DNA of 64,000 nt from an uncultured delta proteobacterium (lineage in GTDB: Bacteria; Desulfobacterota; Binatia; UBA9968): the NCBI GenBank assembly GCA_963804165.1, contig CAWDPO010000034.1, forward strand, positions 99,689 to 163,688, read 5' to 3'. The notes under the pieces were generated by a model. That model had not been told where the DNA came from, searched no databases, and saw only the letters and a list, made by a program, of their open reading frames with translations. The translations under genes were made by a program, and so were the position numbers. Positions within the stretch are counted from its first letter, which is position 1, and every line of letters begins with the position of its first letter. Of the stretch, positions 19,971 to 30,611 are shown piece after piece.

Positions 19971-21083
19971 CTATCGTACCTGGCCAAAGCAGAACTGGTC
20001 GCCGGCACGGACCGGGCGGCTGCCGGCGAAGTCGATTTGCAGCAGCTTTTCGGTTTCGATGTGGCGCCCCTTTTCATCCTCCAGCGTGGCGACGACTTTC
20101 CGGCTTGCGATGTCGATCACCTCGCCGCTCGACGGATAGATCAGCCGCCCGTCGATGCTGCAGGTGAACCAGCCGGGTTCGGCGCGGAGTCGAACGCTTT
20201 CCTTGTATTTAGGCGGCACGGACGTCGCATCGAAGATATGTGCATGGTTGTTGGGCCCGTCGGCAACCCAGATTTCCTTCTCGTCGTAGGTCAGCGCAAT
20301 TCCGTGGCTGACAGTACCATGCGCTCTGGGCTTCCCCTTGGCGAAGCCGGGCGCGGAAACCTCGTGCAGAACCTTGCCGGTTTGAAGATCGCCGACCGCG
20401 ACGCCGAGGAGGTTGTTGACGTTGACGTAGACCAGAGTCTCCTTGCCGTTGATCGCGAAGGGCCGCGTCTGATTGCTGAACGGGCCGACGCGCTTGACGA
20501 CCTGGTTGGTCCGGCTATCGACGATCGCCATGGTCGAAGTGCGCAGCGACGCGAGATAGACGCGCCCGGTGTGCGGCGAATAGATCGTGTTGTGGGCTTC
20601 GCCTTCGGTGGTAATAGTTGTGATCACATTGCCGGTACCGGCATCGACCACATACCATTTCGGCAGATTGAAGGCCGGCACGTAAAGCGTCTTGCCGTCG
20701 GCGGAAACCGCCATGCGATCGCAGCAGTCGGCGTCGTACCCTTTCTGCCAGACGATCTTGTCGGTCGCGAGATCGAAGGCCGCGAGACGGCGCGTGGTGC
20801 TGACGAAGAGCCGGCCGGTGGCGGCGTGTGCGGCGATGCCCTTGATGGGTTCGATCGCCTCGCGTCGATAGGTTTCCCAGGTCCCAATCCGCCGAACGAA
20901 CTTGTGGCCGTTATCGGCGTCGAACACGAGGATGCCGACGCCGCCGAATTGGTCGTAGTTCGACACACCCGGCACTGCCGCATAGATGTATCGCCGGACA
21001 TCCTGGGCAGCGGCCGAAACCGCGGAGAGGGCGGCCGCCAGTAGCGGCAGCATCAGGGACAAACACCGCGCAAGTCGACCCAT
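19971..21083 (-). CDS. YncE-like secreted beta-propeller protein
   Basis: Signal peptide from MGRLARC; repeated strand motifs (SADGKTLYV, HGIALTYDEKEIWV). Confidence 0.8.
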   Translation of the reverse strand: MGRLARCLSLMLPLLAAALSAVSAAAQDVRRYIYAAVPGVSNYDQFGGVGILVFDADNGHKFVRRIGTWETYRREAIEPIKGIAAHAATGRLFVSTTRRLAAFDLATDKIVWQKGYDADCCDRMAVSADGKTLYVPAFNLPKWYVVDAGTGNVITTITTEGEAHNTIYSPHTGRVYLASLRTSTMAIVDSRTNQVVKRVGPFSNQTRPFAINGKETLVYVNVNNLLGVAVGDLQTGKVLHEVSAPGFAKGKPRAHGTVSHGIALTYDEKEIWVADGPNNHAHIFDATSVPPKYKESVRLRAEPGWFTCSIDGRLIYPSSGEVIDIASRKVVATLEDEKGRHIETEKLLQIDFAGSRPVRAGDQFCFGQVR

Positions 21084-21229
21084 TGGATCTTCCTCCTCTG
21101 TGGGGCTCGGCTGAAGACTGACAGTGAAGTTGCTTCGCGCAGAAATTAATCGATAACCTGGATCGGTGTCAATCACGAATGCGCTGTTTGCGTTGAATCT
21201 CTCGGTCGGACCAGGGTTAAAATGGCTGC

Positions 21230-21411
21230 GGTTCAAAAGGCAAAGTTCAAAGGTTCGAGCTTTCTAGGCGAAGCCAGTTCCAAACGTTCTAGTCGTTTCA
21301 CCGCTTCGCTTCGTTCCGATCGTTTCAGACACAGGGTGGTTCAAGGTTCAAGAGTTCAAGGTCAGGTTGGAACGGGAACTCCCATGTTTCGGAAATTTCC
21401 GAAACGTCCAA
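21230..21411 (+). repeat. GTTCAA repeats + palindrome
   Basis: tcccatgtttcg-gaaatttc-cgaaacgtccaa at 21380-21411. Confidence 0.85.
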
Positions 21412-21752
21412 GCGTTCGAGGATGATGCTCGTCGGTGAAACGTTTAGTCTAAGAGACCAAGCGATGCCGTGAGCTAGGCGAAAATAGTTCATCGACGGGA
21501 TATGCCCGCGCATCAGTCTCACCCCAATCCCATCGACAGCGCCGCACCGGTTGAATAACGGCTTGTTAAGCCGAGATTGTTGCCGGGAGTGCGTAACAGG
21601 ACAGGCGGCTTTCTCGTTGAAAGGGCGCGCGGTCGCGTGTTAGAAGCATGCCTAAAGTATAACGGCCGTGGTCGTGAGTCGTCGCCTCGTAAGTCATGTG
21701 GGTCCCGCGCAGCGAAAAGAAAAGTAGCCTGTCGCCTTCGCGGAAGAAAACA

Positions 21753-22478
21753 ATGCATCGAATCCATTTTTTATTAGCCTGCTTGTGTGGAGCCATCCTG
21801 TTGCCGGGTTGCGCAACGATGTCGGCTCGGTACGAACCCAAGCGCATCGACTTGAGTGTGCCTCAATTGAACACTGTCAACGTGGCCCAGATCGGCGACA
21901 GCCTGCTACTTCAAGGAAATTTCTCGGAGCATGACGCGATCTATGTGCGATCGGATATTGGTGTAGGAACTTTCTCCGGCTACACCCTACGTCCCGGTTT
22001 TTATACGAAGGAAGGAGAGAACGCCGGCTCTGAATTTTTCCGGCCCAGCACCTACGGGAACGGCGGTGCAGTGATCAAAAATCCGCTGGTCGATCCGTGG
22101 AAGTGGGTGCTGGCCTACAAAGACCGAAACACGATCTGTATCGTGACCCTATTGAACCTGTCCGTGTGCACGCATGACGCGCCGTTTGTCAGGATGAAAC
22201 AGCCGGTTACGACGCCGAACTCATTTCAGCAAACCCTGATCTACTGTGGCAAATTGGGTAACAAGTTAAGAATCGGATATCGAGAATTTTCCGGCAATTT
22301 CGCCAGACCGGCGTTCAACAACGACGTCGAATACGACCTCAACGAGTCGAGTCTCATCGGCTATAAAGGGGCGAGAATTCAAGTCATCGAAGCGACTAAC
22401 GAACATATTAGATACAGGGTCATCAAGACCTTTAACCCGGCGGCGCAGGACTACCATTCGTTCGACGCGCGCAGATGA
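21753..22478 (+). CDS. putative lipoprotein
   Basis: Lipobox LLPGC; C-terminal FQQTLIY.GK..YREFS..ARPAF..VEYDL. Confidence 0.75.
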   Translation: MHRIHFLLACLCGAILLPGCATMSARYEPKRIDLSVPQLNTVNVAQIGDSLLLQGNFSEHDAIYVRSDIGVGTFSGYTLRPGFYTKEGENAGSEFFRPSTYGNGGAVIKNPLVDPWKWVLAYKDRNTICIVTLLNLSVCTHDAPFVRMKQPVTTPNSFQQTLIYCGKLGNKLRIGYREFSGNFARPAFNNDVEYDLNESSLIGYKGARIQVIEATNEHIRYRVIKTFNPAAQDYHSFDARR

Positions 22479-22526
22479 TTCGGCCAAATTAACATCGTTC
22501 CGCGAAGGTAAATCCGTTTATTCATC

Positions 22527-22592
22527 CGTTCAAGGTTCAAAGGCTCAAGACTTTCTAACCGAAGCCAGTTCCAAACGTTCCAGTCGTTCCAT
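22527..22592 (+). repeat. GTTCAA repeat element
   Basis: Shares ctttcta..cgaagccagttccaaacgttc with 21260-21290. Confidence 0.75.
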
Positions 22593-22850
22593 TTGCTCAG
22601 GCTGCTGCAACGCGCAGGAGTTTGTTGTTCTATGGCGGTATTGATAGAACCTTGGAATCAGTTCGGAAACGTATCGCATGGAGGCACTAAAATGAATGAG
22701 AATGCTAAACGTAACTTGCAACGCCGCAAGCGGCAAGCGACTCGGCTTGCTAAACGCGAGTATTTCAGGAAAAAAAAGGAAGCCCTCAATGTGTCGCCTG
22801 CTGGAAAGGATAAAGTGAGTTAAACCGAGTAGCTTCGCTACGGCTACGCC

Positions 22851-23061
22851 GGTTCAATGTTCAATGTTCAAGGTTCAACGTTCAAAGTTTCGAAAACGAA
22901 GCGCGTTCAAAGCGTTCAAAACCAAGCCGGTTCCCGTCGTTTCACCGCTCGCCCCGTTCAAAACGTTCGAGTCCGCGGGCCGTTCAAACGTTCAAGGTTC
23001 AACGTTCAAGGGTAGATTCGGAAGGGGAGTTGCAAATTTTGAGAGCTCTCAAAACATTGAA
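22851..23061 (+). repeat. long GTTCAA repeat tract + variant palindrome
   Basis: About 12 GTTCAA units; ttgcaaattttgagagctctcaaaacattgaa at 23030-23061. Confidence 0.85.
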
Positions 23062-23102
23062 ATAGACGTTTGACGGCACGGCCGTTCAAAGCGGTAGACG
23101 TT

Positions 23103-23348
23103 TTACTTTCTCCGTCCGGCCTCGTAATCCGATCTCGACACTTCGTTCACCTCTGACGACTGCAACGTCACTTTGGAGCGGGTCTTTGAATCTTCAAAGA
23201 CGACCGCACCGCTATCTGTGCGGTCAAAATCGGTCGTGTAATAGACTCTTCCGGTCGCCTGATCGCTGACCCGGTAGTAGGTTGTGCACCCGACTACGAA
23301 CAGAAACAGGAAACAAATACCCACTCGTGTAATCGTTCCAAATCTCAT
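23103..23348 (-). CDS. small lipoprotein
   Basis: Lipobox VVGC; RBS upstream. Confidence 0.7.
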   Translation of the reverse strand: MRFGTITRVGICFLFLFVVGCTTYYRVSDQATGRVYYTTDFDRTDSGAVVFEDSKTRSKVTLQSSEVNEVSRSDYEAGRRK

Positions 23349-23633
23349 TGCAGCACCCTCCTTTCACTTTAAGTCCGCCACTTTTATTCCGCCTTGTCAA
23401 CATAGCTACCCTTGTTCAATTGATTCGTTATGCAGGGCGTGGAAAATCTTGGAGCGCAAACATTAAGAAGGCTCGAATTCGGACGGAGCCTATCTTTGCT
23501 CTCGTCTGATCATTCTCGGCACGGTCGTTATCTTTTTTTGGATCGCCGGTGATCGAGAGATGTCATCGAGATTTAACGCAGACGACTTGTCGCCGAAGGC
23601 GCCGATGATAAAGTTGCAGTATCGATCGAGGAG

Positions 23634-24029
23634 GTGAGTATGGACGAGCAATACAAAACCCACGGTGCTTTCAGCTGGTTCGAATTGATGACCACGGATC
23701 CCAAGGCAGCCAAGGACTTCTACGCGAAACTGTTCGGTTGGACCACCGAAGAGATGAACAACATGCCCGGCATCACTTACACGGTGGTAAAAGCGGCGGG
23801 GAAACCCGTCGGCGGCATCATGTCCATGCCGCCGGGAGCCGAAGGGCTGGCGCCGAACTGGGGCGCATTCGTTACGGTTAACGACGTGGACGCGGTGGCT
23901 GCGAACGCGCAACAACTCGGCGGAAAACTTTTGCTGGAACCAAAGGACATCCCGAACGTCGGACGTTTTTGCGTCATCCAGGACCGGCAGGGCGCGGTGA
24001 TTTCAGCGATCACATACGCGAGCGCATAG
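23634..24029 (+). CDS. VOC family (glyoxalase/bleomycin resistance) protein
   Basis: FSWFELMTTDPKAAKDFYAKLFGW, GRFCVIQDRQGA. Confidence 0.92.
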   Translation: MSMDEQYKTHGAFSWFELMTTDPKAAKDFYAKLFGWTTEEMNNMPGITYTVVKAAGKPVGGIMSMPPGAEGLAPNWGAFVTVNDVDAVAANAQQLGGKLLLEPKDIPNVGRFCVIQDRQGAVISAITYASA

Positions 24030-24134
24030 ATTTTCCAGCAGCCAGCGGTGCGCCCGAGCGCTGCAGCATGTTAGCGTTGGCGGGAAGCGCCGAGTGCAGC
24101 CGTTTAACCGGGAGAGGGCGATATAGCCATCGGC

Positions 24135-25241
24135 CTACAACACAACTTTCTGCCGTTGCCCCGTTTGTGAAGCGCGCACGATGGCATCCAACGATCGGTG
24201 GCGGCGCACCGCGTGATCGAAGTCGGGATCTATATTCGACCCGGTGCGTATCGCTTCGGCAAACTTGACCCACATCTGGCCCACCTCGTACGCGGGACCG
24301 CCGTCGCGCACGGCTTGCGGCACCCACGTGAATCGCTCCGGCACGGTCAACTCTTGGAGCGCCTTGTCGTCTTTGTGTCCCCCCATGATCTTGCGCCGGC
24401 GCTCCTCGCCACCCTCGCCGCCGCCGATCATCGACAGTGTGCCCTCCCTGCCGTAAATCTCCAAACGATGGCCGCTGCCGTGATAAGGATGTACGCCGCA
24501 GTAGCCGTTGACGATCGCACCGTTTTCGAGCCGGCCCTGAACCGCGATGTTATCGGGCGAGGTGACATCCACGTATTTTTTCGTGTCGGTCTCGAACCAC
24601 TGCGGCACCTGCGTGCTTACGGTCGCGGACACTTCGGTCAGCTCGCCGACCACCATGCACATGGCGTCAAACACGTGTGCGAACGTGATCGTCAGCGTGT
24701 TCGCGCCCAAGGTCACATCGCGCTGCCAGGTGCGATCCGCGGTGCGGGTCAACACGCCGCTGCCCATCAGCGTCATGTTCACCGCTAGCACCTGTCCGAC
24801 GTAACCTTGCTGGATGAGCTCGCGCATATACAGATAAGCGGGCGACGCGCGCCGCTGCAAGCCGACCATGGTGCGCACGTTTTTCTGGCGCGCCAGCGCC
24901 GCCAGTTCTTCGGCTTCTTTTGTATTTGCGCCGAGGGGCCACTCGCAGAAGACGTGCTTGCCCGCTTCAATGGCGTTTTTGCTAAGCTCATAGTGTGCCG
25001 GCACGCGCACGGCGACCGCCACGGCTTCGACCTCCCTATCGGCGCCCAACGCTTTGTCGCTGCCGTACGCGCCCGTCACGCCGAACTTATCCGCCGCCGC
25101 CTGCGCGGTATCCGCATGCGCGGTGCATACGGCATAGAGCTCGGCTTCCGACACGCCCTTCAGCGCCGGCACATGCGCCCGCGGCCCCCATCTGCCGCCT
25201 GCTCCGATGAGACCTACGCGTAATGGATTGGATTGCGTCAT
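24135..25241 (-). CDS. Gfo/Idh/MocA family oxidoreductase
   Basis: RVGLIGAG, AGKHVFCEWPL. Confidence 0.92.
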   Translation of the reverse strand: MTQSNPLRVGLIGAGGRWGPRAHVPALKGVSEAELYAVCTAHADTAQAAADKFGVTGAYGSDKALGADREVEAVAVAVRVPAHYELSKNAIEAGKHVFCEWPLGANTKEAEELAALARQKNVRTMVGLQRRASPAYLYMRELIQQGYVGQVLAVNMTLMGSGVLTRTADRTWQRDVTLGANTLTITFAHVFDAMCMVVGELTEVSATVSTQVPQWFETDTKKYVDVTSPDNIAVQGRLENGAIVNGYCGVHPYHGSGHRLEIYGREGTLSMIGGGEGGEERRRKIMGGHKDDKALQELTVPERFTWVPQAVRDGGPAYEVGQMWVKFAEAIRTGSNIDPDFDHAVRRHRSLDAIVRASQTGQRQKVVL

Positions 25242-25275
25242 TGTTTTCCTCTTCCGGTCAAGTTGGTTTTTAGCC

Positions 25276-25338
25276 CTACGCCTTCATCTCGATAAACTCA
25301 AGCGGCACCTCATTCGGTCCCTCCACGCCAACGGCGAT
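25276..25338 (-). pseudogene. 3' fragment of a gene (VOC-like C-terminus)
   Basis: Reads IAVGVEGPNEVPLEFIEMKA* and is cut directly by the GTTCAA repeat. Confidence 0.5.
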
Positions 25339-25417
25339 TCAAGGTTCAATAGTTCAAAAGTTCAACGGAAGATAATCCTGAGCAGTTCCACGTTTCGGGA
25401 ATTCTCGAAACGTCGAA
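25337..25417 (+). repeat. GTTCAA repeats + consensus palindrome
   Basis: ttccacgtttcg-ggaattct-cgaaacgtcgaa at 25386-25417. Confidence 0.9.
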
Positions 25418-25643
25418 CAGCCGCGATGATTTGCGGCCGAGGCCCATCGTCCACCTCGGATCGCGAGCTTGTGACTGGGCGAGGCGTTGCCACTTAAGCA
25501 AAGGATTCGTATTTGCGATATTTGGTTGTCGTTTCCCCGCCCGAACGCAAAAAACTCTATCGACAGAACCACCGTTCGATCGCTGGCGATTGACGACTCG
25601 CCGGCTTAGCGATAGGAGGAAGTAGATTAGCGAGAAAGGAGAA

Positions 25644-27113
25644 ATGACCATGGAGCATCGAGCGGCAGAGATACACGATGGGCTGAAGCACCCGGTGATC
25701 GACGGCGACGGTCATTGGTTGGAGCCGATCCCGGTCTTCCTTGAGTACTTGAGCGAAGTGGGCGGCGCGAAATCTGTCGATCAAATCAGAGCACTGTGGC
25801 GCGGCAGGGACGCGTGGTACCGGGCCACACCACAGGAGCGTCAGCACAGCCGACTGCGTCGAGCCATCTGGTGGGGTGTGACCGCCAATACGCTCGACAA
25901 GGCAACGGCGTTGCTGCCGGCGTTGCTGAACGAACGCCTGCCCGAATTGGGCATCGATTTCGCGCTGATCTATCCGAGCTTTGGGCTTAGCATCAACGGT
26001 ATGGGCGAAGGCGACCTGCACCGGGCTTTGGTGCGGGCGTACAACATGATGACGGCTGACATGTTCGCGCCGTACGCTGAGCGGTTTGCGCCGGTAGCGA
26101 TCGTGCCCACGTGCACTCCCGACGAAGCTCTTGAGGAACTCGAATACGCGGTCAAGCAGCGTGGCTTCAAGGCGATCATGCTGCGGGGAAATCAGGAACG
26201 AGCGGTTCCGAACGCGGCGGAAGAAACCAAAGACCGGCAAAAGGCCGCCTGGTACTGTGACACCATTGCGCTTGACAGCCCCTATGACTACGAGCCGCTT
26301 TGGAAGCGGTGCGTCGAGCTCGGTGTGGCCGTGACCCAACACTCGGGCAGCGGGCGCTGGCAGGACCGCGCCTCGATCACCAACTTTACCTACAACCACG
26401 TCGGCCACTTCGCCGAATCGAACCATGCGTTTGCGCGCGGCGTTTTCCTCGGCGGTCTCGTGCGCCGCTATCCCAGCCTTAACTTTGGCTTCATGGAAGG
26501 CGGCGTGAGCTGGGCCTGTCAGATGTGCCTCGATATGATCGAGCACTGGGAGAAGCGCCGCCGTGCCGGCTTGCAATATCCGAGCACAACCAGCGTCGCC
26601 GAAATGCATCAGTTGATCGATCGCTATGGCGATCAAAAACTGAAAGCCAGCGCCGACGCGATCATGAACAACCTGGATGCTTTCCGCCCGGAGTGCAGCA
26701 TCGAAGAACTGAGCCGGCCTGAGTTTGTCTCGGACGATTTTGAGGCGGCGGGAGTCAACTCAAAAGAGGATGTCCGGGCAGTCTTCTCCGGCAACTTTTA
26801 TTTCGGCTGCGAGGCGGACGACCGGGCGACGATGTGGGCGTTCGATCCGCGCATGGGCGTGCGGCTCCGCCCGATCTTCAGCTCCGACTTCACGCATTTC
26901 GACGTGCCCGATTTCAGGGAGGTGATTCCTGAAGCGTTCGAGTTGGTGGAGAAGGGTTTCGTGACGGAGCAGGATTTCCGGGAGTTCACGTTCACTAACG
27001 CCGCGCGTCTGCACACGCGCAACAACCCGGCCTTCTTCGAGGGCACCGTCGTCGAGCACGCGGTGGCCGATGAGCTTGGACTGAAGACGCCGCTGTCAGC
27101 AGCGAAAGCCTGA
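25644..27113 (+). CDS. amidohydrolase family protein
   Basis: VIDGDGH, FGFMEGG, FSSDFTHFD. Confidence 0.9.
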   Translation: MTMEHRAAEIHDGLKHPVIDGDGHWLEPIPVFLEYLSEVGGAKSVDQIRALWRGRDAWYRATPQERQHSRLRRAIWWGVTANTLDKATALLPALLNERLPELGIDFALIYPSFGLSINGMGEGDLHRALVRAYNMMTADMFAPYAERFAPVAIVPTCTPDEALEELEYAVKQRGFKAIMLRGNQERAVPNAAEETKDRQKAAWYCDTIALDSPYDYEPLWKRCVELGVAVTQHSGSGRWQDRASITNFTYNHVGHFAESNHAFARGVFLGGLVRRYPSLNFGFMEGGVSWACQMCLDMIEHWEKRRRAGLQYPSTTSVAEMHQLIDRYGDQKLKASADAIMNNLDAFRPECSIEELSRPEFVSDDFEAAGVNSKEDVRAVFSGNFYFGCEADDRATMWAFDPRMGVRLRPIFSSDFTHFDVPDFREVIPEAFELVEKGFVTEQDFREFTFTNAARLHTRNNPAFFEGTVVEHAVADELGLKTPLSAAKA

Positions 27114-27135
27114 GGGGATTATAACATCGAAGCGT

Positions 27136-27262
27136 GTTCAAAACGTTCAAGTCGTTCAACCGCTGCGCTCCGTTCAATGCCTTGCGGCGGTTCAAGGTTC
27201 AATCGTTCAAGAGTTCAAAGGAAGATAAGCCGGTCGGGAGGAACAGGGTCAGGTCTTGCAAC
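27136..27262 (+). repeat. GTTCAA repeats followed by an orphan RAYT-type end GGGTCAGGTCTTGCAA
   Basis: The same 16-mer precedes the RAYT gene at 30568. Confidence 0.75.
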
Positions 27263-27537
27263 GACACATCTCGTCGGATAGAGAAGGCGGTGACAGACAA
27301 GAATACCTCGATCTGATATCTCAATGGGCCCCGCCACCCGCGCGTGATTTCCGCCTGCTGTCAGATGAGTAATCAGGACTGCTTAGTGGTGGTGCGCCGA
27401 CAGAATCACCTGTCCCCGGAAGTTTTCGGTTCTGTCACCTGCAAATTCTGACGGTAAGCATCCCATGCTCACGAGCGCCGATGGTCGTGTTATGAATGGC
27501 CTGACAGTTGTTGCTGCGCGGCAAGGAGGAAGTACGA

Positions 27538-28698
27538 ATGCGCGACGGTTTTAAGATTTTTGATTCGGACACCCACCTCAATCCTTCGGCCGAAACCTTG
27601 GAGCCTTACTTCGACGGCGCCATGCGCAAGCGGCTGCCGGAGTGGGAGAGCTGCAAGGTTCCGTTTCGCGTCGGCTGGGCCGGCGAGATTTTAGAGCCGC
27701 CTTATCGCCACCGCTACCGGTTTAAGCAAAGAGCCGGCTGGCGTGAGGAGCTGCGGATTTTAGGAGAGGCGGGGCCTAGAGAACATATCGCACCGCATTT
27801 CCCGAAGTTCATGGGCAGCCGCTTTCCGACGCCCGGCGGGTCTGATGACGACAACGAAGCGCGGGTTCGGGATATGGACGAGGAGGGAGTGGACGTGCAG
27901 CTCATGCTTCCCGGACTGCCGCCGGCCACGGACGACGCCGAAATCGAGATCGGCTTTATCCGCGCCAACCATCGCTTTACCGATGACTTCTGCCGCAAGC
28001 ATCCGCATCGTCTGAAGTCTCTCATTGTGGTGAGCAGCAGAGCGATCGAACAATCGGTGCAAGAAATCAAAGCGTGGGCGCGTGCGCCATGGGTCGCCGG
28101 CGTCTATCCCAATTTGGCCGAAGGCGTTCCCATCGACCATCCGGACCTGGAGCCGATCTGGGCTGCGGCCAACGATGCAGGGCTCTGCGTCGCGCATCAC
28201 AGTTTCACTTCCGGCTATCCCGGCTACCGCGATCTCTGGGACAACCCATTCATCGGCCGCACTGCATCGCACCCGTGGGGCGCAATGAGGGCGGTGAGCG
28301 CATTTTTCGGCGCCGGGATCATGGATCGCTATCCTGACATTCGCTACTGCATCCTCGAGTCCGGCTTCGGTTGGCTGCCGTTTTGGGGAGCGCGCATGGA
28401 CGATCAATCCGTCTATATGTCTTACGCCCTGCCGGAAAATCTTGCTCGTAAACCCAGCGAATACATGACCAGCGGGCGCTTCTTCGCCAGCGTCGTGATC
28501 CACGAAGGCGAGAAGATGGCCCGCATGGTCACCGACTTCCTCGGCGACAGCGTCTTAATGTATTCGTCCGATTATCCCCACGCAGAATCCCGCTTTCCCG
28601 AGTCCACAAACAAGGTGCTGGAGTGGAAATCCCTGGGAGACGAGGTCATGCGAAAAATGCTGTGGGACAACGCCACGAGATGCTTCGGAGAGCCCTAG
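27538..28698 (+). CDS. amidohydrolase family protein
   Basis: IFDSDTH, ILESGFGWLP, YSSDYPHAE. Confidence 0.9.
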   Translation: MRDGFKIFDSDTHLNPSAETLEPYFDGAMRKRLPEWESCKVPFRVGWAGEILEPPYRHRYRFKQRAGWREELRILGEAGPREHIAPHFPKFMGSRFPTPGGSDDDNEARVRDMDEEGVDVQLMLPGLPPATDDAEIEIGFIRANHRFTDDFCRKHPHRLKSLIVVSSRAIEQSVQEIKAWARAPWVAGVYPNLAEGVPIDHPDLEPIWAAANDAGLCVAHHSFTSGYPGYRDLWDNPFIGRTASHPWGAMRAVSAFFGAGIMDRYPDIRYCILESGFGWLPFWGARMDDQSVYMSYALPENLARKPSEYMTSGRFFASVVIHEGEKMARMVTDFLGDSVLMYSSDYPHAESRFPESTNKVLEWKSLGDEVMRKMLWDNATRCFGEP

Positions 28699-28900
28699 TG
28701 TGGCGTCTCAGAAGTTCGTTTAAAAAGTCCAAACGATGGCAGCCTCTGAAGTTGAACTCAAATCCCCCTTTGTCCCCCTTTTTCAAAGGGGGAATTTTCT
28801 CCGTGCGATTCTCACCCCTCTTTGGCAAAGAGGGGAAGGGGAGATTTTCCGACGGAATGACGCGAGAATTATGTCGCGAACTTCTGAGACAGGACACTAG
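28695..28900. mobile_element. MITE family B
   Basis: ctagtgt..gtctcagaagttcg / cgaacttctgagacaggacactag terminal IRs with CTAG at both ends; nearly identical to 43911-44114. Confidence 0.85.
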
Positions 28901-30359
28901 TACTACTGTGTCAATAAATTCATGGTATTATACATGGAAATTCGCGCAGGAGGTGAATAACCATGGCAAAGCTTGGTGAATTTGAACGGTACATCAATCA
29001 TCTGTGCGAAGCCCTGGGTCACCGCGACCGCCACGGCGGTTTTGCCGATTACAGCCGAGGATTGATGCTGCCCCTGGAACGTAAGAGCGTGGAACCCCTG
29101 GCGGCGCATACCAATGCGTTGCACGTGAGCGCGAAACATCAATCGCTGCATCACTTGGTGGCGCAGTCGGAGTGGTCGGACAGAGCGGTTTTGGCGTGTG
29201 TGCGCGATTGGGTGATGCCCATGCTTAGGCGCAAGAGCAAGTTTTATTGGATCGTGGATGATACCGGATTTCCGAAGAAAGGCGAGCACTCGGTAGGAGT
29301 AGCGCGGCAATACTGCGGGCAACTGGGCAAACAGGACAATGGTCAGGTGGCGGTGAGTCTGTCGTTGGCAAGCGAGCGTGGCAGCGTGCCAATTGACTGG
29401 CGGCTGTACTTGCCGGAGAAATGGGCTAAGGATCGGCGGCGTCGCAAAAAGTCGGGAGTTCCTCTGGCAGTGAAGTTTCTGACCAAGCCCCAAATTGCGC
29501 TCGAGCAGATCCGAGCGGCCAAAGCCGCGGGCGTTGCCATCGGCATTGTGCTGGCGGATGCGGGCTATGGCAATGAAACAGCGTGGCGTGAAGCGCTGGG
29601 TGAGATGGAGTTGGAGTATTGTGTGGGGGTGCAATCGGTCACCACGGTATGGGCAGCAGGCACGGGGCCGCTGCCCCCCAAGCGCAAGAACAAAATCGGG
29701 CGTCCCCGGACACGCTGGCAGCGTATGGCCGGCGCCACACCGCTCAGTGTGAAGGGGGTGAGCGAAACGTTGACCGCACGCCGATGGCACACGGTGGTCT
29801 GGCGCGAGGGAACTAACGAGAAATTGTCGTCGCGCTTTGCCGCGGTGCGAGTGCGGGCTGCGCATCGGGATGAGGAGGGGCTTCGCGCCCCCCGCGCACA
29901 ACAATGGTTGTTGATCGAATGGCCTGTAGATCAAGCACAACCGACCAAGTATTGGCTGTCGACGTTGCCCGCTGATACCGCGCTGGTAGATTTGGTCAAT
30001 ACCGCCAAGATGCGCTGGCGCATTGAACGGGACTATCAGGAGCTTAAACAGGAATTGGGCCTGAGCCACTACGAGGGACGGGGCTGGCGTGGCTTTCATC
30101 ATCACGCCACCTTGTGCATTGCAGCCTACGGTTTCTTGTTGGCGGAACGTCTTAAACATGACGGCTCTAAAAAAAATTCTACTCGATCAAAAATACCTTC
30201 CCTACCCCAAGATTACATCCCGCGCGGCAGCCCAGCGCGCGCAACGCCACGTGCCCGATTCCATCGCCACCCTGCGCTTCGTGCTCGCTTGCAACATCGT
30301 CAGAAAACTGGATCGATGTCCGTGCTGCATAGTGAATCAACGTTAATGACACAGTAGTA
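28901..30359 (+). mobile_element. IS701 family insertion sequence
   Basis: TIR tactactgtgtca / tgacacagtagta flanked by CTAG (28897-28900, 30360-30363). Confidence 0.9.
28963..30357 (+). CDS. IS701 family transposase
   Basis: DDTGFPKKG.HSVGVARQYCG, LADAGYG, RWRIERDYQELKQELGL. Confidence 0.95.
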   Translation: MAKLGEFERYINHLCEALGHRDRHGGFADYSRGLMLPLERKSVEPLAAHTNALHVSAKHQSLHHLVAQSEWSDRAVLACVRDWVMPMLRRKSKFYWIVDDTGFPKKGEHSVGVARQYCGQLGKQDNGQVAVSLSLASERGSVPIDWRLYLPEKWAKDRRRRKKSGVPLAVKFLTKPQIALEQIRAAKAAGVAIGIVLADAGYGNETAWREALGEMELEYCVGVQSVTTVWAAGTGPLPPKRKNKIGRPRTRWQRMAGATPLSVKGVSETLTARRWHTVVWREGTNEKLSSRFAAVRVRAAHRDEEGLRAPRAQQWLLIEWPVDQAQPTKYWLSTLPADTALVDLVNTAKMRWRIERDYQELKQELGLSHYEGRGWRGFHHHATLCIAAYGFLLAERLKHDGSKKNSTRSKIPSLPQDYIPRGSPARATPRARFHRHPALRARLQHRQKTGSMSVLHSESTLMTQ

Positions 30360-30362
30360 CTA

Positions 30363-30555
30363 GCAGGCTGCTGAAAAAGCCCCGTATGCCGACTGCCCTG
30401 AGCATCGTCGAAGGGTGCGCTCAATTGCCTCATCGGAATTGGAGTAATGGAGTGACGGAGTGGTGGGTTTAAAATCGATACTCTAAAATTCGAATACCCC
30501 CAACACCCTACTTTGTTCGCGCGCCTCGCCTCTGGATCTTTTTGAGCAGCCTGCA
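30363..30555. mobile_element. MITE-like element (family D) with nested repeats
   Basis: IRs gcaggctgctgaaaaag / ctttttgagcagcctgc; contains ctgagcatcgtcgaagg and GGAGT repeats. Confidence 0.7.
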
Positions 30556-30611
30556 CGAGGAGGGATAGGGTCAGGTCTTGCAATGCCACCGTTTCGTGAT
30601 AAGGGAGCGAC

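Noticed and set aside
22864-23073. Short ORFs rich in FKVQ/VQGS/SRFK (also 6943, 14818, 21222, 27134, 31433, 39189)
   Set aside because: These are translations of the GTTCAA repeats, not genes.
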